In this document: in pieces, positions 29,901 to 39,328 of the stretch | How positions within the stretch are numbered: the stretch's first letter is position 1 | Layout: each line of letters begins with the position of its first letter | NCBI GenBank assembly: GCA_965369655.1 | Contig: CBDUQR010000001.1 | Location: 192,001 to 256,000, forward strand | DNA: 64,000 bases | Source of the DNA: an uncultured bacterium | GTDB taxonomy: Bacteria; Zixibacteria; MSB-5A5; JAABVY01; JAHJOQ01 | Direction: 5' to 3' | Notes under the pieces: model-generated | What the model saw: the letters and a program-made list of their open reading frames with translations, nothing else | Told to the model about the DNA's origin: nothing | Database searches by the model: none | Made by a program: the position numbers and the translations under genes

Positions 29901-32900
29901 GTTCTGGTTCATACTGGTCAAGAGGCATCCACGTCCAAGCCAATAACGTCACTATTCAGAACTTCACTGTTCAAGGATTCACCGGTGACCTCGTTAGCTC
30001 CGGTGGGTACGGTGTACTTCACCGGGACTACGCTCATGACACGCCAACCGAGGGTTATATCTTCTATGACGGTTGCTCCGTGAATCATGTTACGGTTCAC
30101 AGCTGCTACTCGGTTGTCTACGCTCTCTGTTTCACCAACTTGACGGTGGCCGATTGCTACCTCCACGACAACTACTCGGACGGGATGTTCATTGCTCGCG
30201 GATCGGATGGTGCAATTATCCACGATAACATCGTGACCAACTCGGGCGATCAGGGAATCTGGGTTGGTAAGTGTTGGTCGGGGCTTGATCCATCTGACAA
30301 CGCTACCATCTACGATAACACCGTCAACGGTGCTCGTGAAGGTGGAATCTGCTTTGTGGGCTCGGACGTGGCTGAGATATATGGCAACTCTATTACCAAT
30401 GCTGCCTCTGAAGGTTGGTCAGTAGGTGCCTTGAATCTCAAAGACGGCCCGACCAACGTAAACGCTTACGAGAACAGGATATTCAACAACGACGGAGCCT
30501 GGAACGGTTACAGTGGCCTCGGACATGGCGTTGGAATTGATGGAGGTGCCGGGAGCATCAATCTCTACGACAACGCTATTTTCGGGAACACCGGACTGGG
30601 TGTCTATAACGCCTCAACAAAGGCCTCCTCTGGCATGTGGGAAACGCGCTTGATTGAGGACGAACTGCCATCCACTCCTGAGCACATGACTTCCGGGAGT
30701 TCCGACAAGGGCACTCGCGGACTGATTATGGCCGAAGACAACTGGTGGGGCAGCTTCGATGGTCCTGAGGACCTTACCGGTACCGATGAGGCCACTCTCA
30801 ACACCTGCTTTGATGTCTCGACGATGATCAACGCTATTGACGAACTGGGCAATGGTCTCGGTAACGGTGTCAGCGATGACGTTGACTACTGTCCGTGGGC
30901 CAGTGGCCTGTATCTCAGTCCGGACGAAATCCTGTATCACTGTAGTGGCAACTTCACTTTTGATGCTGGTATTGACGTCGCTGTGACTGATATGAAGGTT
31001 GGAGCGTTCAAGTTCGAGTATGATATGAACATCACGTATGTCAACGTGACTACTTCACTCACCGGAGACGTAATACTGCAGCATCAGGTTGTCGGATCAA
31101 ATCCGACGAGGACGAAGGACACTCTTTTCGTTGACATCGGCTTTGGATCAGGAGAATCACTTGACGGCCCTGCGACATTGTTTACTGTCGAAATGAACAG
31201 CAATACCGATTTCTGCAATGGTACTCCGATCGACATGTTCTACGCATTGGTGAAGGACATCAATGACGATCCGATTACACTGCCACTTCCGGTTCCAATC
31301 AATCTGATCGCAGACTGCGAGGATCCGGATGTATGGGTCAATGCGCCTGCAGAAGATGTGCATTACAACACTGCGCCGATTCTCGATATCGAAGCGTATG
31401 ACAACTGCGATCTCGATGCTGTCTACTATCAAGTTGACGGCTGTGGCGGAACCTGGATCTCGATCGCAACCGGTTTAAGTGGACAGAGCTACAACAACAT
31501 AGCCTGGACATTCCCGGATTTCGGTTCGGTGAGTGAAGGCCAGCACTGCATCTATTTCAGAGTCACCGATGATGCTACTCGGGAGAACTTTGACAAATGC
31601 GATGCTGATTCCGCGTGGTGTTTCGTCAAAGATACGGAGAATCCGGAACCGTCGGAGAACTTCACGGCACTTCCCGGACATAACAAAGTGCTTTTGAGCT
31701 GGGATGCCTCCCCGAGTGGAGATGTAGTCAGATACCAGATTCAGCGGATTGGCTGGGCAGATTATCCGCTCTACGGACTTCCTGCCCCGTCGTATCCGCT
31801 TGATCCGACGGTAGGCACGACTGTTTACAACGATGATGGTCTCGACACTACCGACACACAGGGGCTTGAAAACGCGACTCGTGATATCTACTACTACTCG
31901 ATATTTGCGTTTGATGCCGCGGGCAATTACTCTGCGAACGTGAATCCACCGACTCCGGGAACGGGAACACGTGACCGTGCCACATCATACTGGCTCGGCG
32001 ATATCGCGGGCGGCCTGCCGCCGACACATGGTGATTTCGATGGATTCGTCTATTTTGCGGATCTTGATTTCTTCACACTCACTTACTATCTGTCGACAGG
32101 TGATACTGGGTTTGATCCGCATTCCGATATCGGACCGACAGTCGCTGGCAGCGCCGGAGGCGGTCCAGACAAGGCCAGGGGTATACCCGAACCTGACGGC
32201 GCAATCGACATCAACGACCTTTGGATATTCGCGACCAACTTCAACACCGTCGACGATTCAAAGTTGCGCAAGCCTGTCCTTGTCGTGCAGCCCGTACCGA
32301 ATAATACAGGTTTGAGGATCGTCCAGCGTCACGATGGGCACGATCTGCGCGTTGAACTCTATCTCGATAATGCCGCGAACAATGTTAAACTGCTCGAGGC
32401 AGAGATCTCATTCGATATGTCGATGTTGGCATATAATGGTGCGGATCAATTGATAAGCGCATCGAGCGGGAATGTACCGGTGTTCTTCCACGCGACAGAT
32501 AGGAAAGACAAGGTGTACATCACTGCTGGAGCATTGGGATCCAATGTCACGTTTGAAGGATCAGGCCTGATCGCCGATGTGAGGTTCTCGCTGATCTCGG
32601 AAGGGCCTGCACGCGTATCTCTGACCGGAGTCACGCTGCGTGATGCCGACAACAACGAGATTGTTCCCGACGTCATCCCGACCGATGATTTGGAGGGCTC
32701 AGGCGATGAGTCGTCGCTGACCTATGATCTTAAACAGAACGTTCCGAACCCGTTTAATCCGACTACGACTATATCGTACAGTGTACCGACAGGCACACAT
32801 GTCTCGGTGAAAGTCTACAACGTGATGGGGCAGCTTGTGAAAACGCTCGTCGACGATTATCGTTCGGCCGGGCGTCATGAAATAACCTGGCACGGAAGAA

Positions 32901-32995
32901 ACGAAGCGGGAGAGGATGCAGCTTCGGGTGTCTATTTCTACAGATTCCAAACATCCGAATACTCTAAGACGGTCAAGATGACTCTTGTGAAGTAA
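26978..32995 (+). CDS. 2005-aa secreted multidomain protein: alpha/alpha-barrel, two parallel beta-helices, cohesin-like, Ig/Fn3, dockerin-like, cohesin-like, FlgD/T9SS-like CTD
   Basis: Signal peptide MTRILILSLIVALGPCIALG. Prenyltransferase-like QxxxGGW motifs (LGATQDASGGW). Two TIQDGID/RIQEGVD beta-helix starts, each ending in a YW/WW..GP...VDY.PW motif. GDFDGFVYFAD...PDGAIDINDL; GSGLIADVRF; QNVPNPFNPTT...KMTLVK. Confidence 0.8.
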   Translation: MTRILILSLIVALGPCIALGANAGPATFWTGNPADVIGSGEPPIQTPLENLSLDVGDPVDFDAALTAGADYLKGMQADITEDNAGNGTDGVDESPDDPDDGGWDWRVTSPPAPFSHTTTASSTNLYGVTVMGLYSAYLESGDATHFTAMQDAADRAVAAGVDSIRTGADLKFLMLFNDLYSSEVAPTTVYEDAAKAKYDGKITAWGGSATALAEYIRDARAGQGYENGIIAWDIGIYAVVAQMLYDRFGGTYDVDADDISEVLWQDSYNDNPGYFDIVDDAGWDPTYATYDYYWYSLGITGLIDAFSASGAHTSELSGLLTILFDCQYTGGGISFSYGANTDDEDWQSTAYAMISLGNYDQATYQMEINWMGYWLGATQDASGGWVYSSGNHYPEVGGECTHGLHFTSNTLADVIVDDDFTSQADVDAYNTANGTDYVWGYDAFATIQDGIDGVTGSTVNVAAGIYREQLYVDHSLDLLGAGVGISIIEAPDPVDRTTYPVTQWTSDVRTIDAVIGVVAAGTVNISGFTVDGRDVGPDNFYGIHFFDTDGSVTYCTIDNITNAAAPSNSRVVSVAATHSLGQTFTIDISNNAIPVLQKGGILVMGPGASFTVNHNTVTNTPSPVLAGNGIQLSYGASGSTLQNIVAGTIYSGDDWAATGILLFESGDVSMVGDEVYNCQSGVNFSDWGWVHLQPSPVILSFTDLNLHENEWTLGIQLSRDNSDVNMTVTDCDILNSTGDGIDLYCTGVDPWGGSYYTGWNNGDLNATITGCYVNGSTLDGIWGGDYSGNVNNVAVSVSNCGFAGNTGSAINNGFTQLMDASGCYWNDPTGPTIGVKSGGMRSVAPIVNPFGGELPAKASSVSTELIGADKGSGETIFGNVDYTPWLGGGAQTSPGFAGDFATLYVDDDSPQAGATTRIQEGVDLVSGSTVYVKDGIYGADPVTGRGVYITNDGLSLIGESQAGTIIDGAIGGVGSSGSYWSRGIHVQANNVTIQNFTVQGFTGDLVSSGGYGVLHRDYAHDTPTEGYIFYDGCSVNHVTVHSCYSVVYALCFTNLTVADCYLHDNYSDGMFIARGSDGAIIHDNIVTNSGDQGIWVGKCWSGLDPSDNATIYDNTVNGAREGGICFVGSDVAEIYGNSITNAASEGWSVGALNLKDGPTNVNAYENRIFNNDGAWNGYSGLGHGVGIDGGAGSINLYDNAIFGNTGLGVYNASTKASSGMWETRLIEDELPSTPEHMTSGSSDKGTRGLIMAEDNWWGSFDGPEDLTGTDEATLNTCFDVSTMINAIDELGNGLGNGVSDDVDYCPWASGLYLSPDEILYHCSGNFTFDAGIDVAVTDMKVGAFKFEYDMNITYVNVTTSLTGDVILQHQVVGSNPTRTKDTLFVDIGFGSGESLDGPATLFTVEMNSNTDFCNGTPIDMFYALVKDINDDPITLPLPVPINLIADCEDPDVWVNAPAEDVHYNTAPILDIEAYDNCDLDAVYYQVDGCGGTWISIATGLSGQSYNNIAWTFPDFGSVSEGQHCIYFRVTDDATRENFDKCDADSAWCFVKDTENPEPSENFTALPGHNKVLLSWDASPSGDVVRYQIQRIGWADYPLYGLPAPSYPLDPTVGTTVYNDDGLDTTDTQGLENATRDIYYYSIFAFDAAGNYSANVNPPTPGTGTRDRATSYWLGDIAGGLPPTHGDFDGFVYFADLDFFTLTYYLSTGDTGFDPHSDIGPTVAGSAGGGPDKARGIPEPDGAIDINDLWIFATNFNTVDDSKLRKPVLVVQPVPNNTGLRIVQRHDGHDLRVELYLDNAANNVKLLEAEISFDMSMLAYNGADQLISASSGNVPVFFHATDRKDKVYITAGALGSNVTFEGSGLIADVRFSLISEGPARVSLTGVTLRDADNNEIVPDVIPTDDLEGSGDESSLTYDLKQNVPNPFNPTTTISYSVPTGTHVSVKVYNVMGQLVKTLVDDYRSAGRHEITWHGRNEAGEDAASGVYFYRFQTSEYSKTVKMTLVK

Positions 32996-33006
32996 CTCTT
33001 CAGGCA

Positions 33007-33035
33007 GAAGGCGGAGGGAATTCCCCTCCGCCTTC
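33007..33035 (+). terminator. Strong intergenic stem-loop without a U-tract
   Basis: Perfect 12-bp stem GAAGGCGGAGGG-aattc-CCCTCCGCCTTC between co-directional genes. It may be a stabiliser or attenuator rather than a true terminator. Confidence 0.55.
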
Positions 33036-33050
33036 ATAAGGTTCCAAGCT

Positions 33051-33890
33051 ATGAAACACGCACTTAACAGAATCGCACCCTGGATCTGCCTGATCATGTT
33101 GGCGACACTTGTTGTCGGACCAGGCAGCATTAGCGCTGGAATGCCTCCTGCATATGCACTCCCACACGATGTGCCGGGAAACCAGAGCAAACAAACGGAT
33201 CACGATCCGGCGAAGGTTGTCATTCTGCCCGAATGGAAGATCGTGGATATCGATGACACTTTCGACTTGACGATCGAAGTTGACTCGCTCTCTCCGGTCG
33301 ACAGCCTTAGATCATTCTTCTTTTCTGTTGAAACTGATACCAACGTGATCAAACTGGACTTCGACGGAACGGAGGTGGGTGATTTCTTTTCCCAGTCCGG
33401 ACAAACTAATTTTCATGCCTATGGAGCGGTCTACTATTTTGACCCACCGGGAGAATCCCTTTATGTCTATGATATTTTTGACGCATTGAATCAGCCACAG
33501 TATGTTTCGGGTTACGGCGATCTGGCAAGAATGAGTTTCGTTGCCGTAGGGTCCGGATTCAGCGAAGTGAAATTCCGCGTCACCTATCTTGGAGCTCTGC
33601 TCGGTGAAGGGCAAACCGGTCCAATAGCAATCAGCGACTCTGTTGACGCGATTGTATTCGTCTGTCCGCTGGCTGATATTTGGGGCGATGCTGACGGCAG
33701 CGGAGGCGTAGACATTGATGACGTGGTGTATCTGATTCAGTACATCTTTGCCGGCGGACCGGAGCCAATTCCTCACACGCTTGTGGGAGATGTGGATTGC
33801 TCGGAGTTTGTGGATATCGATGATGTAGTCTACTTGATTCAGTATATTTTCGCTGGTGGCCCCCCACCTTGCGATCCGTGTACTGAATAG
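33051..33890 (+). CDS. Secreted cohesin-like + dockerin protein
   Basis: Signal peptide. Beta-sandwich DDTFDLTIEVD...DTNVIKL..VGDFF...VSGYGDLARMSFVAVGSGFSEVKF. Dockerin GDADGSGGVDIDDVVYLIQYIFAGG twice. Confidence 0.75.
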   Translation: MKHALNRIAPWICLIMLATLVVGPGSISAGMPPAYALPHDVPGNQSKQTDHDPAKVVILPEWKIVDIDDTFDLTIEVDSLSPVDSLRSFFFSVETDTNVIKLDFDGTEVGDFFSQSGQTNFHAYGAVYYFDPPGESLYVYDIFDALNQPQYVSGYGDLARMSFVAVGSGFSEVKFRVTYLGALLGEGQTGPIAISDSVDAIVFVCPLADIWGDADGSGGVDIDDVVYLIQYIFAGGPEPIPHTLVGDVDCSEFVDIDDVVYLIQYIFAGGPPPCDPCTE

Positions 33891-33902
33891 AGAGGATACG
33901 AT

Positions 33903-34616
33903 ATGATAAGAACCAAAATAATGATTATCGCATTGTTACTCAGCGCCCTGCTGTTGCCTGCAGTGCTATTCGCCCAGAACCCTGTCGTGTTTTTCGATCC
34001 CGATTCGCTACAGGTGAGAAACGACAGTCTTTTCGAGGTTGTACTTGCGATTGATGACAACTCGGTGGACTTGAAGGCATATGCTGTCAGGATTCATTTC
34101 GATACAAGTGTCGTTAAACTTGATACGGTTTTCGAGGGACCGCTCTTGCCGTCAACGGATTCGGTTACTTTCTTTGCGTATAATCTCGTGGAATCGCAGG
34201 ATACTGTCTTTATAGATGGGGCGATTCTTGGCGGCAGCGGAACTGTCTCCGGCGGCGGCGTTATTGCATATCTATGGTTCAGAGCCGACAGCCTGAGTTC
34301 AGGCATTACAGATCTCGAATTCACTCTGACTGACTTCAGAGATCAGGATGATCAGTCTATGGCATACTCTACTGACGATGGCAAAATCAGGGTATGTCTT
34401 AGACGCGGCGATGTCGACAATAGCTATTTCATCGATATCGATGATGTGACTTACTTACTTCGCTGGATATTCCAGAACGGCCCTGCGCCAATACCACATT
34501 ACCTGGTGGGCGATGTTGATTGCAAGGATGAAACAGATATTGACGATGTAGTTTACCTGATACAGTACATCTTTGCGGGCGGGCCGCCACCGTGCACATA
34601 CTGTTATCCTGAGTAG
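33903..34616 (+). CDS. Secreted cohesin-like + dockerin protein
   Basis: Signal peptide ending LFA-Q. FEVVLAID...LKAYAVRIHFDTSVVKLDTVFEGPLL...VSGGGVIAYLWF...DGKIRV. Dockerin GDVDNSYFIDIDDV and GDVDCKDETDIDDV. Confidence 0.8.
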   Translation: MIRTKIMIIALLLSALLLPAVLFAQNPVVFFDPDSLQVRNDSLFEVVLAIDDNSVDLKAYAVRIHFDTSVVKLDTVFEGPLLPSTDSVTFFAYNLVESQDTVFIDGAILGGSGTVSGGGVIAYLWFRADSLSSGITDLEFTLTDFRDQDDQSMAYSTDDGKIRVCLRRGDVDNSYFIDIDDVTYLLRWIFQNGPAPIPHYLVGDVDCKDETDIDDVVYLIQYIFAGGPPPCTYCYPE

Positions 34617-34868
34617 GATACTATCTGCACGTGGATCAGCAGCGTGGTATTTCGTTGGCGCTTGTTGGGTGTTTGGATATTGAATTGAGTGATAAGTTTT
34701 ATCTGACATGTCGGATGAGTCAATTCCATAGTGCCATCTTCCCAGCTTGTTGAGGTTTTATGGCAATTATCGCCTGGAAATACTGCTCACTTGGCCGCAT
34801 TGCCCCCAGAACCTATTCATTTGACTGAGACTCGCGCTTTCGCTATTTTGAATATGGATAAGACGATA

Positions 34869-34962
34869 CAGTCGAGTAGGGCAAAACTCCTTCGCGGTTC
34901 TGCCATCCTATCAAGATGGCTGAACCGCTCCGTTTCACTCCGGGTTCATCCCTACAAGACTG
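34869..34962. repeat. GTAG-type REP doublet (REPIN-like), copy C
   Basis: Inverted ends CAGTCGAGTAGGG...CCCTACAAGACTG. Its reverse complement closely matches 61815-61883. Confidence 0.8.
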
Positions 34963-34986
34963 GGCTCTGATCTACATGATACAGGC

Positions 34987-35016
34987 AAAACGGGAGCCGC
35001 CTTCGCGACTCCCGTT
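34987..35016 (-). terminator. Rho-independent terminator of the 1075-aa dockerin protein gene
   Basis: Minus strand AACGGGAGTCGC-GAAG-GCGGCTCCCGTTTT. Confidence 0.65.
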
Positions 35017-35044
35017 CTGATTCTCAAACATCAAACGTATGCTA

Positions 35045-38000
35045 TCAGCAATCCGGCACACCGTCGCCATCGGGATCACCTGGTGGCGGGCCTCCTGCAA
35101 AGATGTAGTTTATCAGATAGACTACATCATCTATGTCGATGAAGCCAGAGCAGTCAGCATCGCCTGCAGCCAGCGGAACCGGCGCCGGGCCGCCTGCGAA
35201 GATGTAGTTTATCAGGTGGACTACATCATCGATATCGACAAAGCCGCTTCCATCGGCATCGCCGCAGACGTATGTTTCAGCCTGACCGAATATCAGGTCG
35301 CCATCGTAGGTGAGTTCACCGGTGAACGGTGTAGTCGAGAACGGATTCTCTGATGGGGGTGCAAACGGATCGAATGTGATCGGCGTTGTACCGATCAGAT
35401 AACCCGGCAGATCATCACACTCACCGTCTATGATGGTGTAATACGGCAGCGGCTCTCTGGGATCGGCAAGCCACTCTGAGGGGTTGACGACTGTGTGAAT
35501 GTACCGGGTTTCACCCGTTTCGTCGCCGATGGTCGGCAGGATCATCCCTCCAGGCGGAAGGTTATCTTCCAGCCACGGTCCAAACGGATACAGACGCCAG
35601 TATTCTCCATCCCAGTAAGGATCGGCAACTTTGAACGAATCAACATTATTGCAGAACCAATCCCACTCGAATATGATGAGATAATCGTTCGCCCATAGCG
35701 GGATGTAACCTTCGTATGTCGTGCAATATTCGACATACGTCCTCTCGAAGATAGGAGGCTCATATGTCTGGCAATCAATGGTACCGTAGACTGTCAGCCA
35801 ACCGTCGACATACTTCGGATGGTATCGCCAGCCCATGTCGAAGGACTTCGGAGACTCCGCCATCCCTGTCTTGATAATATCGTTATGAGCGTCAAAGCCG
35901 TAGTCACCGTTCAGACCTCCCCAGGTTCCTCCGACTTGAGTGCACATGTCCTCGCTGGTGATATATGTGTTTGGGCCCACAACGCACTCTCCCAGCGGAA
36001 CGAGTGCGGTTTCCTTCACAGCCTTGTCGCCCTTGGTATTGTCCCCCTGTGTCTCATCATCACGGTACTCAATCTTGTTGTTCTTCTTGTCGAGACCAAC
36101 AAGAGTGACGGAATGACCACCACCCCCAAACCACGAAATTGTAAGTTCGATATCCTGTCCCTTCTTCAGTTCACGCCAGAGCCATGATTTGAGATCGATA
36201 TCATCATCATCGTTATTCTCTGAAGGAATACCTGGCGTACCGACGCCGGTAGGATAAACCGAGTTCGAATACCAGTAGTGAACTTCCAGAGGCAGATTGT
36301 TGTCGTCAATGTACTTCTTCTTAGCGATGAGTTGTTCTTTGTCCGTTACACCCTGATTCATGTATTCAGGATTGTCGAGTTCTTCCTGTATGCTCTGAGC
36401 TGTGCCCAATCCGAGATTATGCTCGTTCGAGAGCCATTTCAGGCTTCGCGCAGTAGAACCTGATGCACATTCGTCGTCATCCTCCTGAACTGAAGGAACT
36501 CCAGTCATGCCAAGGTCCTTGTGTTTAATCAACGAGTCAGTATCCACCTCTGAAGTATAGTATGGTGGTACCATCACTGACGGTCCCTCAAATAAATAGT
36601 CTCCACCGGGAATGTAGCTTCCAAAGCGACTGATATCGATATCGTAGATATTAGTCGGTGTCATGGTACCGATCGGGCCTGAAGTCTGAATCGCTGAGCT
36701 TACTGCCATTACATATTGCAGAGAAGACACATCAGTTCCAGAACTTACACCCAACTCATTGAAGTCGAAATGCAGAGCACATCGGCCAGGATCGATGATG
36801 TCGCCCGGAAGAATCGGGAAATTGCGTACAATCCAGCCTGTGTCAACCATAGCCACAGCAGAAATGTTCATATACCGCACAACATCGTCAAACATGGGGG
36901 TTACATCGAATGAGAGTTGTCCCCAATCGGAGTTGGGCGTTACCAGTGTGCCATTCTGATCGTAGAAGTCCATCTGTTCGAACAACAGGTTTGAGACCAG
37001 ATCCAACTCAGAATCACAATTGAGCGTCACGACATAGTCGTTCTCATAGCCGCATGGCAGATCATAGTAATCCTGGTGGCTGACGAAGAACCAGTAAGTT
37101 CCGGGAACGGTTGCTTCGTACTCAACAGAGATGACCTCGTTACAGCCGCCCGTGATGTACGGATTAAGACCTGTAACACATGAACAGTCTGGAATGCCAT
37201 CGGGGCAGCCGGCGATGTAACCGATTACGACATCGAACTCGGCTTCGCATGTCCAGGTCATCGTACCCGGAGAAGTCATGACGACTTCGTACCAGTCAGT
37301 GTCACGCGTACCGTCGCTGGCCCAGATCGTGCCACAGACTGTCTCGCCGCATCCAATCGGCTCCCAAGTCTGAGTGCCGGGCTCCATGTTGCAGCCGCCG
37401 TTCATGTCGGAACCGCATGGCTCACTCTCCATGGTCGCGCCAGGAGGACATTCGACAACGCATTCCATGGCACACTCGGTGACGTCAAGAACATAGTTGC
37501 CGCAATAGCTGCTGTAACCATCGATAACGATGTAGTACGTGTTACCACCAGTAAGCGCCAGTCCCAGGATCTCGGAGACATAGCCCGGACAGGCGTCGTC
37601 ATTACAGGCGTAAGGAGGAACTCCGTCATCCGGTTCCTGACACTCATTCTCGTACACATACAACTTGGTGTCGTAGTCCGAGCCATTGCACAGCGTGATG
37701 TCGACACACATGTCGGCACCATGTGTATACACGTAGACCACATCGGGTGAGTTCGACGCAGAAGGACACTCTTCATCATAATCGTCGTTGAAATCACAAG
37801 TGTTACCTGTAGCGTTGTATGGCAGAGATGGGATCCCCGCAGCGGTTTCGCACACGTCATTGTCACCGACAACCGGGCACGGGCACACTTCGCCAGCATC
37901 CCAGTCATACGCATCGCCGTGAATGGCATAACAGTCTTCGTATGTGATGCCGTCTTCGCAATCCGGAGCACCCGGATCGCCATAGCAGCAACGACCGGTC

Positions 38001-38272
38001 GAGGGCTCACCGCAGTCTTCGCCGCCAGAACGGTAGTTGCCGTCCGGCTGATTTACGGGACCGGTATACGTATACTTCTCAGGAGCGACATTGCCGATGT
38101 ATGCGGCAGGATGAATCGCTGATGAAGGATTAGAATTGACGACCACAGTCTGGGTCGGTTTGAAGGCGATGTCCTCAGGATGCGAAACGACCTCTCCCAG
38201 GACAATAGCAGTCATGGCGATAATACAAGCTGATATAATCACCGTGCGAAACGGTTTTCTCAATCTTGACAT
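35045..38272 (-). CDS. Secreted Cys-rich multidomain protein with a putative papain-like (C39-like) peptidase domain and dockerin
   Basis: ATG 38272 after GGAGG; signal peptide; Cys-rich modules (GRCCYG, CNDDACPG). Papain-like motifs VQ596EDDDEC602ASGS...GGH720SVTLVG...IEYRD738. C-terminal dockerin GDADGSGFVDIDDV and GDADCSGFIDIDDV. Confidence 0.7.
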   Translation of the reverse strand: MSRLRKPFRTVIISACIIAMTAIVLGEVVSHPEDIAFKPTQTVVVNSNPSSAIHPAAYIGNVAPEKYTYTGPVNQPDGNYRSGGEDCGEPSTGRCCYGDPGAPDCEDGITYEDCYAIHGDAYDWDAGEVCPCPVVGDNDVCETAAGIPSLPYNATGNTCDFNDDYDEECPSASNSPDVVYVYTHGADMCVDITLCNGSDYDTKLYVYENECQEPDDGVPPYACNDDACPGYVSEILGLALTGGNTYYIVIDGYSSYCGNYVLDVTECAMECVVECPPGATMESEPCGSDMNGGCNMEPGTQTWEPIGCGETVCGTIWASDGTRDTDWYEVVMTSPGTMTWTCEAEFDVVIGYIAGCPDGIPDCSCVTGLNPYITGGCNEVISVEYEATVPGTYWFFVSHQDYYDLPCGYENDYVVTLNCDSELDLVSNLLFEQMDFYDQNGTLVTPNSDWGQLSFDVTPMFDDVVRYMNISAVAMVDTGWIVRNFPILPGDIIDPGRCALHFDFNELGVSSGTDVSSLQYVMAVSSAIQTSGPIGTMTPTNIYDIDISRFGSYIPGGDYLFEGPSVMVPPYYTSEVDTDSLIKHKDLGMTGVPSVQEDDDECASGSTARSLKWLSNEHNLGLGTAQSIQEELDNPEYMNQGVTDKEQLIAKKKYIDDNNLPLEVHYWYSNSVYPTGVGTPGIPSENNDDDDIDLKSWLWRELKKGQDIELTISWFGGGGHSVTLVGLDKKNNKIEYRDDETQGDNTKGDKAVKETALVPLGECVVGPNTYITSEDMCTQVGGTWGGLNGDYGFDAHNDIIKTGMAESPKSFDMGWRYHPKYVDGWLTVYGTIDCQTYEPPIFERTYVEYCTTYEGYIPLWANDYLIIFEWDWFCNNVDSFKVADPYWDGEYWRLYPFGPWLEDNLPPGGMILPTIGDETGETRYIHTVVNPSEWLADPREPLPYYTIIDGECDDLPGYLIGTTPITFDPFAPPSENPFSTTPFTGELTYDGDLIFGQAETYVCGDADGSGFVDIDDVVHLINYIFAGGPAPVPLAAGDADCSGFIDIDDVVYLINYIFAGGPPPGDPDGDGVPDC

Positions 38273-38369
38273 CTTTTTTTCCTCCACATGAAGTAAGTTT
38301 GGATATGTAAAGACTTCTTAACACAGCGAACAATACTCCTCTCGAGTAGTGACAGGTTCCGGATATGTG

Positions 38370-38379
38370 CACCTCCTTA
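38370..38379 (-). promoter_or_regulatory. Orphan extended Shine-Dalgarno sequence (possible STAB-SD)
   Basis: Minus strand TAAGGAGGTG, about 100 nt upstream of ATG 38272 and not followed by a properly spaced start codon. Confidence 0.4.
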
Positions 38380-38780
38380 TCCATTTCCCGCGTTTGCGGT
38401 TTTGGATTTTCGTCTCTCGATGTTGTCAGTCGTTGTACTCAAGCAGAATCAGAGACACGCATTCTATATTTATCCGCACGTTCTGGATGCAGCTTCAGAT
38501 AAATCACCCACCGGCTGTCGCAGGACAGACCAATCCCCGAACCCTGTGCTGAATCGCAGAATCACGAACGGTGTATTATGCTGTTCTGTCACAATCAGAC
38601 TGTTTGATCCCGTTTTGTCAAGCTTTTTCTACAGTAGATTCCGGGTTGAATCACATGCAGGTTGGCTGATGTCCCTTCGACGGCCTCACTACGGGCAGGC
38701 CGCTCATTCCATATGCCCTCTCGTGTATTGACAATCACACCGAATAAGCCGTTATTGTGGACGAATGTCTGGAGGTTCCG

Positions 38781-39320
38781 ATGCTCAAACTTGATAATTC
38801 GTTTCTGCTGCTCGTCGATATGCAGGGCAAGCTCGCATCTCTGATGCACAAGCGCAAAGAACTGCTCGAAAGTCTGACGAAGCTGATACAGGGTGTGCGC
38901 ATACTCGAAATGCCGATCATCTGGATGGAACAGTATCCGAAGGGCTTGGGGGAGACCATCCCCGAAATCAAGTCGCTGCTCGATGGCCTGACCCCATTCG
39001 ACAAGATCAGCTTCGGCTGCGGTAGCGATGAGAAGATCATGACGGCAATTCGCGCACTTGATCGCAAGCAGGCGATAGTGGCCGGTATCGAGACACATGT
39101 CTGCGTATATCAGAGTTGCAAGCAGTTGCTCGAAAAAGAATTCGATGTGACACTCGTCACTGACTGCACATCATCGAGGCACAAATACGACCGCAAGATC
39201 GCGATCAAGGCGCTCAGAGATGTTGGCGTCAAAATGTCGACAGTCGAGATGGTACTTTTTGAGCTGATGCACAAAGCGGGCGGCGACAAGTTCAAGCAAA
39301 TATCGCAACTCGTGAAGTAG
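38781..39320 (+). CDS. Isochorismatase-family cysteine hydrolase
   Basis: LLLVDMQGKL, EQYPKGLGET, KISFGC, GIETHVCVYQS. Confidence 0.92.
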   Translation: MLKLDNSFLLLVDMQGKLASLMHKRKELLESLTKLIQGVRILEMPIIWMEQYPKGLGETIPEIKSLLDGLTPFDKISFGCGSDEKIMTAIRALDRKQAIVAGIETHVCVYQSCKQLLEKEFDVTLVTDCTSSRHKYDRKIAIKALRDVGVKMSTVEMVLFELMHKAGGDKFKQISQLVK

Positions 39321-39328
39321 GCAATGCG

